Assembly: GCA_963842945.1 (NCBI GenBank)
Contig: CAWJIM010000005.1
Span: 32,001 to 96,000 of the forward strand
Direction of reading: 5' to 3'
DNA: 64,000 nucleotides
DNA from: an uncultured Gemmatimonadales bacterium
Lineage (GTDB): Bacteria > Gemmatimonadota > Gemmatimonadetes > Gemmatimonadales > GWC2-71-9
Program-made: the position numbers and the translations under genes
The notes under the pieces: model-generated
Databases searched by the model: none
The model's input: the letters and a program-made list of their open reading frames with translations, nothing else
What the model was told of the DNA's origin: nothing
In this document: positions 1 to 10,145 of the stretch, piece by piece
How the letters are laid out: each line of letters opens with the position of its first letter
Position numbering within the stretch: position 1 is the stretch's first letter

Positions 1-1
1 C

Positions 2-859
2 GAGTTCTTCTCCCGGTTTCTCTCGCCCTATCCGTATCCTCACATGACTGCGGTGGACGGTCCCACGTCCTGCGGCGGGATGGAATATCCGATGATGACC
101 TGTATTGGAGGACAGTGGGACACGCTGGGCCTGTACGAGGTCACCACCCACGAGATCGGCCATATGTGGTTTCCCATGATGGTCGGCTCCGACGAGAAGC
201 GTTACGCCTGGATGGACGAAGGGCTCACCCAGTTCGACCAGTCACAGTCCATGGCCGATTTCTTCAAGGGCTTCGACGACGAGGCACGGAATCGGAAGAA
301 CTATCTCGACTTTGCGGAAACGGAGAGCGAAGTCGAGCTGATCCACCATGGCGACCACTATCCCGACTACGGCTCCTATGGCGTGGCAAGCTACTACAAG
401 CCGGCAACCATCATGGTGGCGCTCCGGGGAGTGCTGGGAACAGACACTTTCAACAAGGCGTACAAGGAGTACATCCGGCGCTGGGCCTATAAGCACCCCA
501 CCCCGTACGACCTGTTCAACACCTTCGAGAATGTGTCCGGCCGGGATCTATCCTGGTTCTGGCGCAGCTGGTTCTTCGAGACCTGGAAACTGGATCAGGG
601 CATCGATACCGTGACCACCACCGGCAACTCGCTCGACATCGTGGTGCTCAATCAAGGCAAAATCCCCATGCCGGTCCATCTGACGGTGACCCGAATCAGT
701 GGCCCGGTCGAGCACGACACCCTGCCGGCCGACGTCTGGTTCAAGGGGCGGCGCCAGACCATTCGGGTGGCCCGCGAGCCCGCCATTCGCAGCATAGAGA
801 TCGACGCGGAAAAGGAATTTCCCGATCTCGACCGCAGCAATCAGGTCTGGCCGCGGTAG
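2..859 (+). CDS. M1-family zinc aminopeptidase, 5'-truncated by window edge
   Basis: GGMEY exopeptidase motif and HEIGH-x18-E (HEIGHMWF...WMDEG) zinc motif; frame open from base 2. Confidence 0.9.
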   Translation, partial: EFFSRFLSPYPYPHMTAVDGPTSCGGMEYPMMTCIGGQWDTLGLYEVTTHEIGHMWFPMMVGSDEKRYAWMDEGLTQFDQSQSMADFFKGFDDEARNRKNYLDFAETESEVELIHHGDHYPDYGSYGVASYYKPATIMVALRGVLGTDTFNKAYKEYIRRWAYKHPTPYDLFNTFENVSGRDLSWFWRSWFFETWKLDQGIDTVTTTGNSLDIVVLNQGKIPMPVHLTVTRISGPVEHDTLPADVWFKGRRQTIRVAREPAIRSIEIDAEKEFPDLDRSNQVWPR

Positions 860-3060
860 TGCCCCGGGTCATCATCGTCGCCAACCGGCTGCCGGTGACG
901 GTCAGCCCCACCGAATCCGGGGTGGAGGTCCAAAAGAGTACGGGTGGCCTGGCAACGGGATTGCTGCGGCCGCACGAGCAGTCCGGCGGGGTCTGGATCG
1001 GCTGGTCCGGCAGCACGGAAGAGGATCTCTCGGAGCTGCAGCGAAAGGCGTTGCAGGAAAAGCTGTCGGACATGCGGCTGGTGGCCGTACCCCTCACTGG
1101 GGCGCAGGTGGCCCGGTACTACGAGGGGTACTCCAACGGCGTGCTGTGGCCGCTCTTCCATTATCTGCTCGACCAGATCCCGCTCCACGTCAGAGACTGG
1201 GACGCCTACGTCGAGGTCAACGAGCAGTTCGCCGAAAAGGTCGCCCAGCACTATCGGCCCGGTGATCTGATCTGGGTCCACGACTATCAGCTGCTGCTGC
1301 TCCCCCAACTGCTGCGGCGGCGGCTGCCTGACGCCCGAGTGGGCTTCTTTCTTCACATCCCCTTTCCCAGCGAGGAGCTGTTCCGCATCCTGCCCGAACG
1401 CGATCAGGTTCTCCGGGGACTGCTCGGAGCCGACCTGGTTGGCTTTCACACCCCCGCGTACCTGCGGCACTTCGCCGCCTCGCTCACGCAGATCCTGGGA
1501 CTCACGGTGGATATCGATCGGGTTCAGCTGGCCGATCGGGATGTCCGGCTCGGTGTGTTCCCCATGGGGATCGACGCCGAATCGTTCCGGAAAATGTCCG
1601 AGGCTCCTGGGGTGGCTGCGGAGGCCCTGACCCTGAAGGACAACGGAAACCTGAAGCTGCTGGTAGGAGTGGACCGGCTGGACTACACCAAAGGCATTCC
1701 CCGGCGACTGCTCGCCTACGAGCGGATGTTGGAGGCGCACCCCGATCTGCGGGAGGGAGTGAGACTGGTTCAAGTGGCGGTGCCCTCCCGAACCAACGTC
1801 GAGGCCTACCAGGAAATCCGGGCCTTGGTCGACGGCCTGGTCGGCCGGATCAACGGCGCTTTTGGTACGCCCCGTTGGGTGCCGGTTCACTACATCTATC
1901 GAGGCCTGTCGGAACCGGAGCTGGTGGCGCTATACCGGGCGGCAGACGTCATGCTGGTTACTCCGCTTCGGGACGGTATGAATCTCGTGGCGAAAGAGTT
2001 CGTGGCCTCGCGGATCGACGGAGACGGAGTGCTGGTTCTGAGCGAGTTTGCCGGGGCTTCCTGGGAGTTGCCCGAAGCCATCCAGGTGAATCCGTATGAT
2101 GTGGAAGCCACCGCGGAGAGCTATTACCGGGCCTTGACCATGGCTGCTGAAGAGCGCCGGGCGCGGCTCGCTCCGCTGCGAGCGCGGGTCGAGGCGTATG
2201 ACGTGCACCGCTGGACGGCAAGCTTTCTCGAGCAGCTGGAGACCATCACCCGCGCCGCTGCTATCGCGCGCCGGGCTCCAGCCCCGGGCTCGGCTGCGCT
2301 GCGGGAGCTGACGGCCCGGCTGCAGGACGCGGAAAGCCTATTGGTTCTCCTGGATTATGACGGGACTCTGGTGCCCTACACGGCCACCCCGGAGCTGGCC
2401 CGTCCCGATCCCGTGTTGCTGGAGCTGCTGTCCGCGCTCGCCAGCCGGCCAAACACCGAATTGCATGTGGTGAGCGGGCGAGCGCGGGAGACGCTGGAGC
2501 AGTGGTTGGGCAGTCTGCCGATTGCCCTGCACGCCGAACACGGTTTCTGGTCTCGCGGGCTCGGCGAACGCGAATGGGTTCCCGCCGGTGAATTAGGACC
2601 GGCCTGGCGGGAGCCGGCTCTGGGAATTCTCCGGGAGTTTACCTCCCGGACACCCGGTTCCCTCACGGAGGAGAAATCGGTCGCGCTGGCATGGCACTAC
2701 CGCATGGCGGATCAGCAGTCGGGTGCTCGACGGGCCAACGAGCTGCGACTGCATTTAACGCAATTGCTCAGCAATCAGCCGGTCGAGATTCTGGCGGGCC
2801 ACAAGGTGATCGAGATCCGCCCCTACGGGATTCACAAAGGAAGGATTGTCCCGCCGATTCCCCCAGACCGGCTGGCCTCCGTGGTAATCCTCGCAATCGG
2901 GGACGACCGGACCGACGAAGACCTGTTCACCGTGCTCCCACCCGAGGCGATCACGATCAAGGTTGGTCCCGGAGCAACTCATGCCCGGTTCCGGCTGGAA
3001 GGGGTACCGGCGGTACGAACATTCCTGGCGTCTCTGGTTCAGGCGGAGGTCCCAAGATAG
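859..3060 (+). CDS. otsAB: Bifunctional trehalose-6-phosphate synthase/phosphatase (GT20 + HAD)
   Basis: [41 protein letters not shown] motifs; C-terminal DYDGTL and [11 protein letters not shown] motifs. Confidence 0.96.
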   Translation: MPRVIIVANRLPVTVSPTESGVEVQKSTGGLATGLLRPHEQSGGVWIGWSGSTEEDLSELQRKALQEKLSDMRLVAVPLTGAQVARYYEGYSNGVLWPLFHYLLDQIPLHVRDWDAYVEVNEQFAEKVAQHYRPGDLIWVHDYQLLLLPQLLRRRLPDARVGFFLHIPFPSEELFRILPERDQVLRGLLGADLVGFHTPAYLRHFAASLTQILGLTVDIDRVQLADRDVRLGVFPMGIDAESFRKMSEAPGVAAEALTLKDNGNLKLLVGVDRLDYTKGIPRRLLAYERMLEAHPDLREGVRLVQVAVPSRTNVEAYQEIRALVDGLVGRINGAFGTPRWVPVHYIYRGLSEPELVALYRAADVMLVTPLRDGMNLVAKEFVASRIDGDGVLVLSEFAGASWELPEAIQVNPYDVEATAESYYRALTMAAEERRARLAPLRARVEAYDVHRWTASFLEQLETITRAAAIARRAPAPGSAALRELTARLQDAESLLVLLDYDGTLVPYTATPELARPDPVLLELLSALASRPNTELHVVSGRARETLEQWLGSLPIALHAEHGFWSRGLGEREWVPAGELGPAWREPALGILREFTSRTPGSLTEEKSVALAWHYRMADQQSGARRANELRLHLTQLLSNQPVEILAGHKVIEIRPYGIHKGRIVPPIPPDRLASVVILAIGDDRTDEDLFTVLPPEAITIKVGPGATHARFRLEGVPAVRTFLASLVQAEVPR

Positions 3061-4412
3061 ATCGCCACCCGCCAGGGCTTCTGGTTCTCTTCGTAACCGA
3101 GCTCTGGGAACGCTTCGCGTATTACGGGGTGCGCGCCCTGCTCATCCTGTACCTGATCGACACTACCGCAGGCGGTCTGGGCTGGAGCCGGGAGCATGCA
3201 AGCCGGCTGTATGGCTGGTACAACGGTTTGCTGTATTTGACCCCCGTCGCGGGTGGATGGCTGGCCGACCGGCTTCTCGGAGCCAACCGGTCGCTGGCCA
3301 TCGGCGGCGCCATCATCTGCCTGGGTTATTTCACTCTCGCGCTGGGCACCGAGTCGACTTTTTACGGCGGGCTGGTCCTCATCATCATCGGGACCGGGTT
3401 CTTCAAGCCCAATGTGTACACCATGGTCGGCCAGCTCTACTCACCTCACGATGTCCGCCGCGATTCCGGCTTCACTCTCTACTATATGGGAATCAATCTC
3501 GGCGCCCTGTTCGGTCCTCTGGTGTGCGCCTGGTTTGCAGTCAGTCCGCGGTTCGGCTGGCCCTGGGGATTTGGGGTGGCCGGCGTCGGCATGCTCATCG
3601 GCCTGGCTTTTTATCTGGGGACCAGGGCCGATCGCCTTTCCGGGGTGGGAATGCGACCGCTCGCCTCTGCCGGCGCCTATGGAAACGCTCGAGAGGCCGG
3701 GGAGTCACTGACTGCGCAAGAGCGGCAGCGAATACTGGCGCTGGCGCTGGTGACGATCTTTGTGGTCTTCTTCTGGCTGGCCTTCGAGCAGGTGGGCTCG
3801 TCTCTCAATCTCTTTGCCGCGCAACGGACCGACCGGACGCTGAGCGGGTGGGCAGCGGAATGGGTTCCGCAGGGCAAAATACCGGCGGCCTGGTTTCAGG
3901 CCGTGAATCCTCTCTTTGTCCTTCTGCTTGCTCCCGTGGTAGCGCGCTGGTGGCAGAGGCTGGGGTCCCGGGCCCCGAGCACTCAGGCCAAGATGGCGCT
4001 GGGTCTGGTCGCTCTCGGGCTCGGGTACCTGATCATGGTGCTGGCCGCGGCGAAGAGCGACACCGGAGCTCTGGTGAGCCCCTGGTACCTGATCTCGTTC
4101 TACTTCGTGTACAGTCTGGGCGAGCTCTGCTTTCTGCCGGCTGGTTTTTCCTTTGTAGGTCAGGCCGCACCGGCGCGGCTGGCCTCCATGTTGATGGGCC
4201 TCTGGCTGGCGGCAAACTTCCTGGCCAATCTGATCGGCGGCTACCTGGCGGGCACGATCGAGGGGTTCGAGCGGGGGGAATTTGCCTGGGCCCTGGGAGG
4301 TCAGGCGGATTTCTTCCTGCTGTTTGTGGTCTCCTGCCTGGGGGCCGGAGCCCTGCTATACCTCCTGCTGCCACTGATTACCCGGCTCATGCGCTCGGCT
4401 GCCGCGAGCTAG
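3057..4412 (+). CDS. POT/PTR-family proton-dependent oligopeptide transporter (MFS); probable ATA start
   Basis: HPPGL..LFVTELWERFAYYG (ExxERF) and GTGFFKPN, YYMGINLG, FQAVNPLF motifs; GGAGGT SD at 3045-3050. Confidence 0.92.
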   Translation: MDRHPPGLLVLFVTELWERFAYYGVRALLILYLIDTTAGGLGWSREHASRLYGWYNGLLYLTPVAGGWLADRLLGANRSLAIGGAIICLGYFTLALGTESTFYGGLVLIIIGTGFFKPNVYTMVGQLYSPHDVRRDSGFTLYYMGINLGALFGPLVCAWFAVSPRFGWPWGFGVAGVGMLIGLAFYLGTRADRLSGVGMRPLASAGAYGNAREAGESLTAQERQRILALALVTIFVVFFWLAFEQVGSSLNLFAAQRTDRTLSGWAAEWVPQGKIPAAWFQAVNPLFVLLLAPVVARWWQRLGSRAPSTQAKMALGLVALGLGYLIMVLAAAKSDTGALVSPWYLISFYFVYSLGELCFLPAGFSFVGQAAPARLASMLMGLWLAANFLANLIGGYLAGTIEGFERGEFAWALGGQADFFLLFVVSCLGAGALLYLLLPLITRLMRSAAAS

Positions 4413-4425
4413 CTTTCCGGGAGCC

Positions 4426-4728
4426 TCAGATGCTCTGAAGTATGGTGCGCTTCAGCTCACGGATGCGCGCCTCGTCCCGCCGATAGAAGGTCCACTGCTT
4501 GATTCGCTTGGAACGGATGAGGCCGGCGCGGGCCAGCACTTTCAGGTGCTCGCTGGCCGTCGGCTGGCTCACCTTGAGCTTCTCCGCGATCAGCAGCCCG
4601 CACACGCCATCGCGCACCAGATCGCCATCGACCTGAGGACGAAAGTGTGCCCGCGGGTCCTTCAGCCATTCCAGAATCTGCAGCCGGCGGTCATTGGCCA
4701 GCGCCCGCAGTCCGGCATCTATCGTCAT
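4426..4728 (-). CDS. ArsR/SmtB-family transcriptional regulator
   Basis: LRALANDRRLQIL...VSQPTASEHLKVLARAGLI winged HTH. Confidence 0.92.
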   Translation of the reverse strand: MTIDAGLRALANDRRLQILEWLKDPRAHFRPQVDGDLVRDGVCGLLIAEKLKVSQPTASEHLKVLARAGLIRSKRIKQWTFYRRDEARIRELKRTILQSI

Positions 4729-4755
4729 ATTGCTAATTAGCTAATTAGCTATATG
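4726..4755. promoter_or_regulatory. AT-rich near-perfect palindrome, putative ArsR operator between divergent genes
   Basis: CATAT-T-GCTAATTAGCTAATTAGC-T-ATATG; perfect 18-bp core 4732-4749, one mismatched pair over 30 bp. Confidence 0.75.
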
Positions 4756-4788
4756 TTGGTCAAGGGCCCGAGCACCCGGAGACAGTGT

Positions 4789-5742
4789 ATGGCCGGCGTC
4801 ACCCATGCCGTGATCGACCGAGAGCGCATCAGCGCTACCGAGAACGTCATCCGCCCGCACATCCGCCGCACCCCGGTCGTCCACCTGCAGGGCACCGAGC
4901 TCGGCGTTCGGGCCGGCCGGGTGAGCCTCAAGCTGGAGTTTCTGCAGCACTCCGGTTCGTTCAAAGCTCGGGGCGCCTTTGCCAACCTCCTCCTCCGCCC
5001 GGTTCCCAGTGGCGGTGTGGTTGCCGCTTCCGGTGGAAACCATGGAGCCGCGGTGGCGTACGCCGCCCGCGTGCTGGGTCACGCCGCAACCATTTTCATC
5101 CCCTCGATCTCTTCCCCGGCCAAAGTGGAGCGCATTCGCAGCTACGGCGCTACCCTGATGATCGGAGGCGAAGATTATGACGACGCGCTCCGCGCCAGCG
5201 AAGCCTGGGCTTCAGGACACGATGCGCTTCGAGTTCACGCCTTCGACCAGGAAGAAACCCTTTGGGGGCAGGGCACCCTGGCCTTGGAGCTGGAAGCGCA
5301 GGCGCCCGACCTCGATAGCCTGCTGGTGGCTATCGGGGGTGGCGGACTTCTGGGCGGCACAGCGGCCTGGTATGGGCGGAAGCTGCGGCTGATCGCGGTC
5401 GAGCCGGAAAGGTGCCCCACGTTGACTCGCGCGTCTGCAGAGGGTCGTCCGGTGGACGCCGAGGTCGGCGGCATTGCCGCCGATTCACTCGGTCCACGAC
5501 GAGTTGGCGAGCTGAACTATTCCATCATACGGGACGCTCTGGAGCAGACGGTGCTGGTCACGGATGCCGAGATTCACGCTGCACAGGTGGCGCTGTGGAA
5601 TCAGCTCAGGATCGTGGCGGAGCCTGGCGGGGCAACGGCGCTCGCCGCGCTGCTGAGCGGAAAGTACCGTCCCCGAGCCGGGGAGCGGACCGGCGTGGTG
5701 ATCAGCGGGGGCAACACCGTCGCCGTCAACTTCGATCGCTAG
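4789..5742 (+). CDS. PLP-dependent serine/threonine dehydratase (no regulatory domain)
   Basis: KLEFLQHSGSFKARGA PLP lysine, ASGGNHG, IGGGGL, ISGGN. Confidence 0.9.
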   Translation: MAGVTHAVIDRERISATENVIRPHIRRTPVVHLQGTELGVRAGRVSLKLEFLQHSGSFKARGAFANLLLRPVPSGGVVAASGGNHGAAVAYAARVLGHAATIFIPSISSPAKVERIRSYGATLMIGGEDYDDALRASEAWASGHDALRVHAFDQEETLWGQGTLALELEAQAPDLDSLLVAIGGGGLLGGTAAWYGRKLRLIAVEPERCPTLTRASAEGRPVDAEVGGIAADSLGPRRVGELNYSIIRDALEQTVLVTDAEIHAAQVALWNQLRIVAEPGGATALAALLSGKYRPRAGERTGVVISGGNTVAVNFDR

Positions 5743-5748
5743 GAGTCC

Positions 5749-6216
5749 ATGGGCGCTACCATTGCAGCCCGTCTGGCGGAGCTCGGACTCGAGCTCCCGA
5801 ATGCTACCGCGCCGGTCGCGAACTTCGTTGCCTGCGTCCAGAGCGGCCACACCCTGTTCATCTCGGGGCAGATCAGCTCTTGGAACGGTGAGCTCCGGTA
5901 TGTCGGCAAGGTGGGTCGCGATATCTCCGTGACTGACGCGAAAGCGGCCGCCCGGCTCTGTGCCCTCAATCTGATCGCTCAGGTGCAGGCCAGTCTGGGA
6001 GATCTCGAACGGGTTCGCCGGGTGTGCATGCTCCAGGTGTTCGTCAACGCTGCCCCCGATTTCAGCGATCATCCGCTGGTGGCCAACGGGGCGTCGGACC
6101 TCCTGGTCGAGGTATTCGGCGCCGCCGCCGGCAAGCACGCGCGATTCGCGGTCGGAGCGGGGTCGTTGCCGTTCAACGTGGCCGTCGAAGTGGCCGCGGT
6201 AATGGAGATCGGGTGA
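5749..6216 (+). CDS. Rid (YjgF/YER057c/UK114) family imine/enamine deaminase
   Basis: [38 protein letters not shown]. Confidence 0.9.
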   Translation: MGATIAARLAELGLELPNATAPVANFVACVQSGHTLFISGQISSWNGELRYVGKVGRDISVTDAKAAARLCALNLIAQVQASLGDLERVRRVCMLQVFVNAAPDFSDHPLVANGASDLLVEVFGAAAGKHARFAVGAGSLPFNVAVEVAAVMEIG

Positions 6217-7181
6217 AGGCCATCCGGATCCATCAAACCGGTGGGCCGGAGGTTCTCCGGCTGGAGGAGGTGCCCGACCCGGCACCGGAACCGGGAGAGA
6301 CTGTGGTCCGGCTGGAGGCCATTGGTCTCAACTTCATCGAGGTCTATCAGCGCACCGGCCTCTATCAGTCAGCCTTGCCGTTCACTCCGGGCGGGGAAGG
6401 TGCCGGAAGGGTCGTCGCGGTGGGCAAAGACGTCTCTGCCGTCAAACCGGGCGACCGGGTGGCCTCCACCAGCCTGAGGGGCTCGTATGCCGAACTGGCC
6501 CGGGTTCCCGCCGACAAACTGGTGCCGGTTCCCGACGATGTAGACACCACCCTGGCCGCGGCCGTTCTGGTTCAGGGACTCACGGCTCACTACCTGGCCA
6601 TCTCGACCTACCCGCTGCCCCAGGGGTCCTGGTGTCTGATTCATGCCGCCGCTGGGGGTGTGGGGCTGCTGCTGTGCCAGATTGCCAAGGCCCGGGGTGC
6701 CCGGGTGATCGGCACGGTCTCGACGGAGGAAAAAGCAGCCCTGGCAAGGGAGGCCGGGGCCGATCACGTCGTGCTGTATACGCGGCAAGACTTCGTATCC
6801 GAGGCTCGGCGGCTAACTGGCGGCCGCGGGGTGGCGGTGGTGTACGACTCCGTCGGACAGTCCACCTTCGAAGGCAGCCTGAACAGTCTGGCTCCACGCG
6901 GAATGCTGGTGCTCTTCGGACAGTCGAGCGGTCCGGTGCCACCGGTAGATCCCCAGGTTCTCAATGCCAAGGGATCGCTGTATCTCACCCGTCCCACGAT
7001 CACACATTACACGGCCAGCCGTGACGAGCTGCTCACCCGCGCACGGGATCTCTTTCTCTGGATGGAGTCAGGCAGGCTGCGGGTGCGCATCGACCGGACG
7101 TACCCCCTGGCCGATGCCGCGGCAGCTCATCGCGCATTGCAGGCCAGGGAGACGAAGGGCAAGGTCCTTCTTCTCCCGTGA
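6213..7181 (+). CDS. qor: NADPH:quinone oxidoreductase (zeta-crystallin/MDR family)
   Basis: GTG start overlapping upstream stop; [37 protein letters not shown]. Confidence 0.92.
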   Translation: MKAIRIHQTGGPEVLRLEEVPDPAPEPGETVVRLEAIGLNFIEVYQRTGLYQSALPFTPGGEGAGRVVAVGKDVSAVKPGDRVASTSLRGSYAELARVPADKLVPVPDDVDTTLAAAVLVQGLTAHYLAISTYPLPQGSWCLIHAAAGGVGLLLCQIAKARGARVIGTVSTEEKAALAREAGADHVVLYTRQDFVSEARRLTGGRGVAVVYDSVGQSTFEGSLNSLAPRGMLVLFGQSSGPVPPVDPQVLNAKGSLYLTRPTITHYTASRDELLTRARDLFLWMESGRLRVRIDRTYPLADAAAAHRALQARETKGKVLLLP

Positions 7182-7194
7182 AGCACCAACAGGC

Positions 7195-7614
7195 TTACTG
7201 AGTCGGAACGGCGGCGGGATCGATTCGCTTCAAGGCCCGGCGAGCGGAGGCGGCAATCTCGTCGTTGATTTCCTCGTCCACCATCTGCTGCAAGCGGGGC
7301 ACTGCTGCTTTGGCGGCGGGCCCGATCTCCATCAACGCAACAGTCACGGGGAAGCGTACCGAAGGCGCCGGGTCGTCGAGGGCTTCGATCAGGGCAGGGA
7401 CCGCTGCTGCGGCTTCGGCTCCCATGCCGGCAATCTCGTAGGCTGCCGCGTTGCGGGTCTGCGGCGCCTGGGCCTTGAGGTCGGCAATCCATTGGCTCAA
7501 TGGACGGCCGGCGGACATCGGCTCCTTCGAGTGCGCCGGCTTGGCCTGGGCCGATAAGCTCGAGCCCCCCAGCAAAATTGCCGCACCCAATACCACTACG
7601 AAACGCTTCAGCAT
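7195..7614 (-). CDS. Secreted HEAT-repeat protein
   Basis: Signal peptide (..SLSAQA), repeats AAVPALIEALDD / ALMEIGPAAKAAVPRL. Confidence 0.78.
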   Translation of the reverse strand: MLKRFVVVLGAAILLGGSSLSAQAKPAHSKEPMSAGRPLSQWIADLKAQAPQTRNAAAYEIAGMGAEAAAAVPALIEALDDPAPSVRFPVTVALMEIGPAAKAAVPRLQQMVDEEINDEIAASARRALKRIDPAAVPTQ

Positions 7615-7690
7615 TGCTACTCCTGCATGGAGGTTGCCCCCTTCAGGGGCCTTGCGGAATATAAGCGCCTCCTGATGCTGAAAATGCTGC

Positions 7691-8659
7691 TTAACGGAGG
7701 GAGGCGTACAGCTGATCGAACAGAGCGCCGCCCCGCTCCAGCCTCGTCGCGTCGTCGGAGTAGGTCCTCACCAGGCCCCGGAGCATTGCGGCCACGCCGG
7801 AAGCTTCCTCCCGCCCGAACTTGCCGTCCTTGCAATCGATATCGTGCACGATCTCGCCCACGGCCCGCAGGGCGCGGTCGCGCAGGCCGGCGCGGAGCAT
7901 GATGGTTTCGAAGGTGCACCGGTCTCCATCGTGGGTGTACTCGGCCTCATACATGTCGAAGCGGACCTCCCCCTTGGCGGGGCGATAGGTCTTCCCTGCG
8001 ACAAATCTGAATTCGGCCCTGGCATCGATGAATCGCCGGATCAGCCAGGCGCTGGCGATCCGGTCGACGAAAACGTCGCGACGGGTGACCCAGACTTTTC
8101 CCCGCATGCGATCGATGGCTTTCCCGCTGACGGTCTGGGGTCGGCTTAACCGGACTTCGAGGCGAGCCAGCGCGCGCTCCGCCGTCGGGCCGCCGGATGA
8201 TCCGAAGTAATCGATGGCCTGCACTTCCTCCAGCCGCCGCCGGAGCCGGGCGAGCTCGGCCTCGATCTCGGGCGGGACTTCCTCCGCCTTTGCCGTGACC
8301 GACACCAGCTGCTCCGCGGCCGTGGTGATCTCGGCGTAATCGGGATCGCGCGCGGCCCGAAAGACTTTCTCCAACTCGGGCCGAGTGAATCCCTCGACCA
8401 AGTTTGCCTCACAGAGAGTAGCCTCGCCGCCCTCGGACACGATCTCCCGGAGCAGCCAGCGAAAATCCTCGAGGCATTCCTCGGTATAGGGCAGAACGTA
8501 CACCGAGTTCTTGAGCGGTACCGCCCCGATCCGCTCCAGCCGCCGTCGTACTTTGACCCGGAAGTAGTCCGGCTTGGGCGGTATCTGGTGGATCAGGAGC
8601 AGCCAGGGTGCCGCGGAGGGGGAGCGGAGTGACTTGACAGTCACAACTGAAGCATTCAT
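7691..8659 (-). CDS. chrB: Chromate-resistance regulator ChrB family (ChrB_N + ChrB_C)
   Basis: WLLLIHQIPPKPDYFRVKVRRRL..GAV.LKNSVY and WVTRRDVFVDRIASAWLIRRFID, THDGDRCTFE, IVHDID. Confidence 0.88.
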   Translation of the reverse strand: MNASVVTVKSLRSPSAAPWLLLIHQIPPKPDYFRVKVRRRLERIGAVPLKNSVYVLPYTEECLEDFRWLLREIVSEGGEATLCEANLVEGFTRPELEKVFRAARDPDYAEITTAAEQLVSVTAKAEEVPPEIEAELARLRRRLEEVQAIDYFGSSGGPTAERALARLEVRLSRPQTVSGKAIDRMRGKVWVTRRDVFVDRIASAWLIRRFIDARAEFRFVAGKTYRPAKGEVRFDMYEAEYTHDGDRCTFETIMLRAGLRDRALRAVGEIVHDIDCKDGKFGREEASGVAAMLRGLVRTYSDDATRLERGGALFDQLYASLR

Positions 8660-8729
8660 ATAGCAAGTGTATCATCTCTCAGCGGGAGAGACAAGCTGGT
8701 CCGGCCGTTCACCCCAACCTAGACCGACC

Positions 8730-10145
8730 ATGCGGCATACTCGCCTGCTCCTGGTTTTGCTGCTCTCCGCCCTCCTCACCGAGCCTGATCTTCTTCGCGC
8801 CCAGACCCCGACGGCAGATCGAGCGAAAGCACCCTGTCCGGAACGTACGGCCCGGCCGCGGACAGCTTGATCCGGGCGGCAACCCGGGACAGCGCCGCCT
8901 ACCGACGCCTGGGCGAGCTGGTGGATCGGTTCGGCTCCCGCTTCAGCGGCTCAGCCAGTCTCGAGGCTGCCATCGACTGGATCCTGGCCCGGATGAAGTC
9001 CGACGGGCTGGAGCATGTTCGAGGCGAGCCGGTGGTGGTCCCGCACTGGGTACGGGGCCGCGAGTCTGCCTGGCTGATCCAGCCGCGCCGGGCACCCCTG
9101 GCCATGCTGGGCCTGGGCGGAAGTGTGCCCACGCCCGCGTCAGGCATCACCGCTCAAGTCCTGGTGGTCAGCAGCTTCGATGACCTCGAAGCCCAAGGCA
9201 GTAAGGCCCGGGGCAAGATCGTGCTGTTCGATGCGCCGTTTACCAGTTACCGAGAAACCGTGCGAGTACCGGGTGGAAGGCGCGTCGGCAGCCGCGCGGG
9301 CCGGCGCGGTGGCCTGTCTGGTTCGGTCCATCGCCTCCTTCTCGATCAGGAGCCCGCACACCGGCACCATGCGCTACGACTCCACGGTCACGCGGATTCC
9401 TGTCGCGGCGTTGAGCACTGAGGATGCCGCAATGCTGCACCGGTTCCAGGACCGGGGCGAGCGAGTGGTGGTGACCCTGACCATGGGCGCCCGCACTTTG
9501 CCGGACGCTCGCTCCCGCAATGTGGTGGCCGAGCTGCCGGGCACGGAGCGGCCGGATGAGGTCGTGGTGCTGGGGGGACACATCGATTCCTGGGACGTGG
9601 GACAGGGCGCCGTGGATGACGGTGGAGGAGCGGTTGCCGCCTGGGAAGCCGTCAGGCTGATCCACGTTCTGGGACTCCGGCCGCGGCGCACAATCCGGGT
9701 GGTGCTGTGGACCAACGAGGAGAACGGCGGGCGGGGCGCTCTGGCCTACCGGGACGCGCACTCGGCCGAGCTGGCCAACCACACGCTCGCCATTGAATCG
9801 GACAACGGGACGTTCAGCCCGCATGGATTCAGGTTCAGCGGCAGCGATGCCGCTCTCAGGCGATTGCAGGAAATCGGGCCGTTGCTTTCGCGGGTTGGCG
9901 CGGGTGATATCAGCAAGGAGCCCAACTCGCCGGAAGCGGACATCGCTCCGCTGGTCGAGCGGGGGGTTCCCGGCATGGGGCTCGACGTGGAGCGCAGCAA
10001 ATATTTCTGGTTTCATCACAGCCAGGGCGACACTCTGGACAAGCTGGATCCGGCCGAGCTGGCGCGCTGCGTGGCCGCACTGGCGGTGATGGCATACGTC
10101 GTAGCCGATCTGCCCGATGCTCTGCCGCGCAGCGCGGGACCGTGA
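8730..10145 (+). CDS. Secreted M28-family peptidase (carboxypeptidase Q-like, PA domain); two frameshifts (~8828, ~9262)
   Basis: Signal peptide in first frame; GGHIDSWDVGQGAVDDGGG, WTNEENG, ESDNG, YFWFHHS..DT motifs across three frames. Confidence 0.88.

Noticed and set aside
2691..4438. ORF 2963..4438 and the N-terminal extension of the POT ORF
   Set aside because: Shadow frames typical of high-GC DNA, overlapping well-supported genes
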